Virus record (IMG/VR): IMGVR_UViG_3300017917_001336
Location: 64,001 to 128,000 of that record
Reading direction: 5' to 3' (one strand)
DNA length: 64,000 nt
Source of the DNA: a virus
This document shows, piece by piece, positions 62,292 to 64,000 of the stretch; the first letter of the stretch is position 1, and each line of letters opens with the position of its first letter. The notes beneath the pieces are model-generated. The model did not search any database, was not told where the DNA came from, and was given only the letters and a program-made list of their open reading frames with translations. Position numbers and translations under genes: made by a program.

Positions 62292-62324
62292 ACTAAATAG
62301 TAGTTGTTATCAAGGACAATTACA

Positions 62325-63137
62325 ATGAAGAAGTTTTTAGTTTTGCTAGCACTTGTTTCTACACAAGTGTTTGCATGGGAGCAACGTGCCCCATTACCCG
62401 TACAAAATTGCCAAGTACACAGCCCTTATGGATGGGCACAATCCAGTAGACCAGCAAGTCCAATTTGCCGAGAAGCATATCTAGTAGCATACGATGCTCC
62501 GGTTAAGATTCCGGCTTATGTTGCCTACACACTACTTCCACAAAACGCCTTAGGATGCTTTCCACGTACGAACGCATTCGTTGCGGATCAGTCAGTTCCA
62601 GGAGGTGCTACTCCTAATGACTACGCAGGCACAGGCTACGACAAAGGACATGCTGCTCCCGATGGTGACCTAAGTTGGTCACAGATTGTGGAGTATGAGA
62701 GTTTCCTAATGACAAATATGTACCCACAACACGGATCATTAAATCGTGGCATATGGAAACTACTAGAAACTTCAGTACGTGGGTGGACGGTACAGCAGAA
62801 TCGTCCGTTTACTATCTACGTGGGGGCATTCTATGGCGCTGGTGATCCATTTATTGGTAATGGAGTTATTGTTCCACACGGTTACTATAAAATCGTTATT
62901 GACCAACAAACAGGTGCTATTGCTGGCTGGGCATTCCCACATACTAAACCATATGTTAATTTAGGCAATGACTTAACTAAGTTTCGTGTGCCGGTAGCAC
63001 AAATACAACAACAAGCAGGGATCACATTCAAGTATCCTGCTAACGCAAAAGAATTACAACCAGGACAAGAGTGGCCTGTAGACTATGGAGCATTAACAAA
63101 TGCTAAACGTGCTAAGTGTGGTAAAAATGCAGAATGA
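62325..63137 (+). CDS. Secreted DNA/RNA non-specific endonuclease
   Basis: Signal peptide; YDKGH, NM.PQ...LNRG.W..LE. Confidence 0.9.
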   Translation: MKKFLVLLALVSTQVFAWEQRAPLPVQNCQVHSPYGWAQSSRPASPICREAYLVAYDAPVKIPAYVAYTLLPQNALGCFPRTNAFVADQSVPGGATPNDYAGTGYDKGHAAPDGDLSWSQIVEYESFLMTNMYPQHGSLNRGIWKLLETSVRGWTVQQNRPFTIYVGAFYGAGDPFIGNGVIVPHGYYKIVIDQQTGAIAGWAFPHTKPYVNLGNDLTKFRVPVAQIQQQAGITFKYPANAKELQPGQEWPVDYGALTNAKRAKCGKNAE

Positions 63138-63251
63138 TCCAAATGACTATCCAGTATATCCAGAAGATGACGGTTACGATCGTCCAAGAAACCCTTATAG
63201 CCCTGTATGAAGGATTAGCCCGCTTTGGTTGCGGCCTAGGAGGAATACCTT

Positions 63252-63686
63252 ATGAGAATGAATGAAGTTTTAAACGAAGATTGGCAAAAAGTCAACAAGC
63301 ATGATAAGACAGATGGCATGAGTTCTAAAGCTGTCAAAGCATATCGCAGAGAAAATCCAGGCAGCAAATTAAAAACTGCTGTAACTACTAAACCTAGCAA
63401 ACTTAAAAAAGGATCTAAGTCTGCTAAACGTCGCAAGAGTTTTTGCGCCAGGATGAGTGGTATGAAGAAAGCACATGCTAGTGCTAAGACTAAGAGAGAT
63501 CCAGATAGCCCAATCAATAAAGCACTACGTCGTTGGAACTGCGAAAGCATCGAACAATTAGAACAAATGGTGGCAGAAGCAGAAAAGACTTTAAGAAACT
63601 CAAATCCATGCTGGAAGGGTTACAAGCCAGTTGGCACAAAGAAAAAAGGTGGACGCACAGTTCCTAACTGTGTACCAAAAGAGTAA
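63252..63686 (+). CDS. Basic hypothetical virion protein
   Basis: RRKSFCARM...ALRRWNC and CWKGY...NCVP modules. Confidence 0.65.
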   Translation: MRMNEVLNEDWQKVNKHDKTDGMSSKAVKAYRRENPGSKLKTAVTTKPSKLKKGSKSAKRRKSFCARMSGMKKAHASAKTKRDPDSPINKALRRWNCESIEQLEQMVAEAEKTLRNSNPCWKGYKPVGTKKKGGRTVPNCVPKE

Positions 63687-64000
63687 ATGAGATCTAAAGA
63701 GTTTACGCCAGGCAACAGAGATTTAATTATCTTTGATATTGACGATACACTACTTCATACGACTGCTAAAATTAAAGTCATAGATGCCAACGGCAATATA
63801 GTAAGAGATTTAACTAATCAAGAGTTTAACAATTACCAACTCCGCCCAGGCGAGCAATTTGATTTTGGAGAGTTTCGTAGTGCTGAAAAGTTTCGTCAAG
63901 AAAGCCAGCCTATTGTCCCAATGATACGTAAACTCAAAACAATATTATCGCATGCCGGTACTGCTAAAGTTATCATGCTTACCGCTCGCGCAGATTTTGA
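63687..64000 (+). CDS. HAD-family protein, truncated by window end
   Basis: IFDIDDTL, LTAR motifs. Confidence 0.75.
   Translation, partial: MRSKEFTPGNRDLIIFDIDDTLLHTTAKIKVIDANGNIVRDLTNQEFNNYQLRPGEQFDFGEFRSAEKFRQESQPIVPMIRKLKTILSHAGTAKVIMLTARADF

Overview
Window from a large T4-like (myovirus-type) bacteriophage, probably of a proteobacterial host. 1-29.6 kb: virion and replication core (tail sheath, tail tube, head-completion nuclease, terminase, gp32, UvsX/UvsY/UvsW, a miniature DnaE-like polymerase, primase, carbamoyltransferase, helicase, tail fibre), largely under TAAATA late-type promoters. ~30.3-41.7 kb: a visibly more GC-rich, minus-strand island of small genes. Most have their own near-consensus sigma70 promoter and a shared GGAGCG(AA) ribosome-binding site; the island also carries two tRNAs. 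43.6-64 kb: plus-strand accessory genes (macrodomain, a paralogous small-protein array, methyltransferase, HAD, TraR/DksA, heptose epimerase, lysin, nucleases). Two signals stand out. (1) A terminated two-hairpin RNA at the island's 3' end displays, in both loops, the complement of the RBS shared by about 16 island genes: a candidate multi-target shut-off sRNA. (2) A ~1.27 kb tract (38034-39305) has no GA or GG dinucleotide on the template strand, so there is no UC/CC in the mRNA and the proteins are proline-free. All calls come from reading the sequence by eye; no searches or folding programs were run.
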